Shown: positions 60,901 to 64,000 of the stretch, piece by piece
Layout: each line of letters opens with the position of its first letter
How positions within the stretch are numbered: position 1 is the stretch's first letter
NCBI GenBank assembly: GCA_965202585.1
Contig: OZ241826.1
Location: 103,788,001 to 103,852,000, forward strand
Reading direction: 5' to 3'
Length of the DNA: 64,000 nt
DNA from: Thalia democratica
Lineage: Eukaryota
Program-made: the position numbers and the translations under genes
Notes under the pieces: generated by a model
What the model was told of the DNA's origin: nothing
The model's database searches: none
The model's input: only the letters and a program-made list of their open reading frames with translations

Positions 60901-63749
60901 GCGTGGCGGTATTTTGGTGCTGGACCCTTTGGTTTCTCAATACCTGCTGTTGTTGCTGGTTACCCCTAAAATTGTCAAAATTGCTGGGATGCTGCTGTCT
61001 ATTATCTTGACGTTGAGGATTTTGCTGCTGTCCAGCACCGTGGTTGTTTCCTCCTTTTTGAAATGGTAATTTTAAAGTTTTCACTTAAGTTTACAACTAA
61101 GTTTCTTTTAAAACTTATTAGTTTCTTTTTCAAAAAGTACTAACATTCAGATAACTTATTACATGTTTAGAAACAAAATTCTACTGAAATTATGTTTTTT
61201 TAAGTTTAAGAAATATAATGTTTTTGAGTATGAATATATTTTCGGATTATAAGCGCGTGTTGAGTAATAAACTGAACAAACCGTGTCCGTTGTTGTTATT
61301 TCTACCGCGTGCACTCCAAGGAGAACCATTTTGGTTGTTTTGACCTCCACCACGGTTTCGACCACCGTTGTTAGGAGAGTTGCCATTATTGTTGCGATGT
61401 CCTTGCTGCCTTTGATCTAAGTGATTAATCAAAACTAGTTGAAAATATAAAGTAAAAGCAATCCCAAGATACTTTTAATTAATAAATAATTATTTTTTCT
61501 ATATAATAAGTTTAGGTAGAATTCAAAACTAATAAAATTTTACAAAGACTGATTTTGTATTTTTAATCAACTATATACGGTTGTAAAAATGACTTAATAT
61601 TTTAGGTTTTTAAATTAGAACCAAATGAAAATATAAACTTATGAAGGAGACGTACGATTTTAACTAATTAACTTATGTCTTCTCTCCTCCCCATAGGAAA
61701 GAACATCAATTTGCAGAATTTGATGAACATTATTTTAATTTGATTATATTGTGTAAAGTTCTCTTTAAAACATGTGATTACAACAAACCTCTGTTGTTTC
61801 CTCTCCTCGAAGTTTGCTGAGAACCTCTGGAAGCTTGTGTGGATCTTGATCCGTTGGAGCGCTAAAAGTAAGATATGTATAAAACATTCTTGTAGTTTTT
61901 AGAAATATAAAAAGTGATCATAAATTTAAATATTGAAGCAGTTTTCAGTTTGAAAACTAATAAATCATAAAATTGATCAATAAAAAAATGCAAAAAAAAG
62001 GTTTACTTCACTAATCTAAAATATACAAAATACTGCTTTATTAAAGAATTTGTTATCATGAATGTCTTTATTACTTAATATTTTTTTTAAAACTAACAGA
62101 GTCGACTTCATGATTATTATCTGCTTCAATTGAGGGTGAAACGCCAGCAGAGGTACCTAAAATTTATAAAAATAAGTACTACTACACTTCCTTACTTTTA
62201 TATTGATTTTTTATTAGATATAGTTTATAGTGCATAATATTCTACACTATTTGTTAATTTTTTAACCAAAGAGAAATCGATGCTAAACTAGTTATAAAAA
62301 TTTAAAAATTCCAACTTGGTAAAGCGGATTGGTTTCTTTCTGGGATATTCTCGGGTTGCGCTCTTTGGGCTTGGTTCCTACCACCACCATTGCCTCTCTT
62401 ACCGCCATTACCGCCCCTTCCTCTGTAATTTCCTCTTCCTCTGTAATTTCCTCTTCCCCTGTAATTTCCTCTTCCCCTGTTTCTGTTTCCTCTGTTATTA
62501 CCAGCATTTTCATGTTGGGGGGCGTTGTTGCGATTGAGGGTAACATCTGAATTACTAGGAAGCCCAACGGAGTAACCTAAATATTATAAAAATATAAAAA
62601 AAACAACATTTTTAAAATTTTACATTACTTTTGTATTATAAATAATTTTTGCTATAATATGTTATTTGATAATGTTGTGTTGATTAATAAACTCAAACCT
62701 GGCTGAGCTGATTGGTTTCTTTGTGGGACATTCTCGGGTTGCACTCTTTGGTTTCCGCCACCTCTGCCAAATGCGCCTCTCTGACCACCTCTACCACCTC
62801 TTTGACCACCCCTTCCTCTATTTCCTCTGATGTTCCCAGCATTCTGCTGCTGCTGGGTCTGTGCCCTGGCCTGATCTTGAGAAATCTGCTCAAATGTAAC
62901 TGGATTCTCGGGTTTTGGCACTGGTCCCCAAGCAGATGTTGTCGGCGGCGGGGCTTCAATGAATCGACAAACCTCCTGATGCTCCTCCTGAGTCGCCTCA
63001 TTGTTGTCTACAGGATGAGGTTGAGCAACGGAAGCACCTTCTTCTGCGCCTCCTTCCGAACCGCTGCGTGCACCATTGTTCGCGTTCCCACCTCTCCCAG
63101 GGCGACGACGTTTGTTCTTCCCTCTGTTGTTACGTCCTTTTTGTGGAGATGCGCCTCCTTCACGCCCACCACTGCTCGCTTGCCTTTCATCACCACCCAT
63201 TTCGCTCCACAGTTTCTTCGGCCCTTCCTGGACCTGAGGAGCGTTGTTGAGAGTTCCAGCTGAACTAGCAGGGTGTCCTGCAGAGGTACCTGAAATTTAA
63301 AAGAATAAGTACAACTTATTACATTAACTATATTTATAAAAAAAAAGTACACCTTATTAAATTTACTATATCTATAAAAAAAAGTACAACTTAACATTAA
63401 TTATACCTCTAAAAAACATATGCTAAAATATTAAAGATGAGATCTATACCAAATTAGTATTTTAGAATGATTAAAAAATCAAACTTGGCTGTGCGAATTG
63501 GTTATCTTGTGGGACATTTTCGGGTCGGGATCCAAAGTTTTCACCATCTCTTCCCCTGTTTTCTCTTGAATTCCGAACATCCTCCTTAACTTGAGGAGCG
63601 TTGTTGTGACTGAGGGTACCACCTGAATTAGGAGGGAGTCCTCCCGCTTCAGCCAGAAGAGCACCCTCAGCTTCAACTGTCTTTGCAGGGTGCTCTGGCT
63701 TGTTTTCAACCACTTCTGTACGCTCAACCTCGTCTCCGATAGAATCCGC
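57960..63749 (-). CDS. Gene B (5'-incomplete): divergent La-motif (LARP1-related) RGG/prion-like protein, paralog of gene A; exons 63749-63485, 63289-62699, 62576-62316, 62156-62098, 61861-61789, 61416-61282, 61053-60379, 60220-60109, 59807-59747, 59395-59306, 58847-58685, 58279-57960
   Basis: Exons with AG/GT boundaries splice to one open frame of 2805 nt (divisible by 3). It contains MFIANKTGFWFSNYNLNNKKDTNLRSKMDNEGRVALDELLQF (compare LARP1 [22 protein letters not shown]) and FIEAPPPTTSAW. No ATG at the first visible exon. Confidence 0.8.
57972..58181 (-). repeat. Coding 21-bp repeat (VANDAQE, 10 copies) ending gene B
   Basis: ORF 57960-58295 translation. Confidence 0.9.
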
Positions 63750-64000
63750 CTGTTAATATGTATTAGTTGTATGCAACACTTTAAGTAGAATACATTTGTT
63801 TATTTCTAAATGTTAAAATGCAAACATTTTTTTTCAATGAGCTCATCAGTGCTAAAACTTAAATTTTTAAAAAGTTTTTTAGAGATTATGGAAAACAGTT
63901 GAAGTATTGGGGTATTTTTTTTTTGTACATAGTATTATTTTCAAAATGTATTGTTTTGTAGAAATATAAAGTTATAAAAATTATAAAAACTTTTATTTCT

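Noticed and set aside
63820-63852. Minus-strand CTGATGA-GCTCATT-GAAA
   Set aside because: The spacer cannot form stem II (no closing G-C pair) and no stem III/NUH follows.

Overview
Very AT-rich, intron-containing eukaryotic DNA. The repeat content (CR1/L2-type LINEs, Penelope-like remnant, hAT- and Kolobok-like MITEs) and short GT-AG introns suggest a cnidarian such as Hydra; this is inference, not shown by the sequence. Two convergent multi-exon genes could be spliced by hand. Gene A (+, 23052-32614) has 17 coding exons and about 1186 aa. Gene B (-, 63749-57960) has 12 exons in the window, about 934 aa, and its start lies outside the window. Both encode long low-complexity proteins with a divergent La motif split at the same intron positions, a LARP1-like FxxAPxPxxxxW motif, a shared unnamed post-La module and acidic repeat tails. 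No DM15 or RRM is recognisable in either. Intron 6 of gene A holds a ~1.3-kb imperfect foldback whose arms look like decayed coding sequence, with a complete minimal type I hammerhead ribozyme at its tip on the transcribed strand. The rest is transposon debris and tandem repeats: a near full-length decayed CR1/L2 LINE, a second LINE fragment, a Penelope GIY-YIG remnant, a CAGGG-TIR MITE family with 6-bp TSDs, a 159-bp array, and a 54-bp satellite split by a hAT-like MITE. All alignments and splice models were made by eye.
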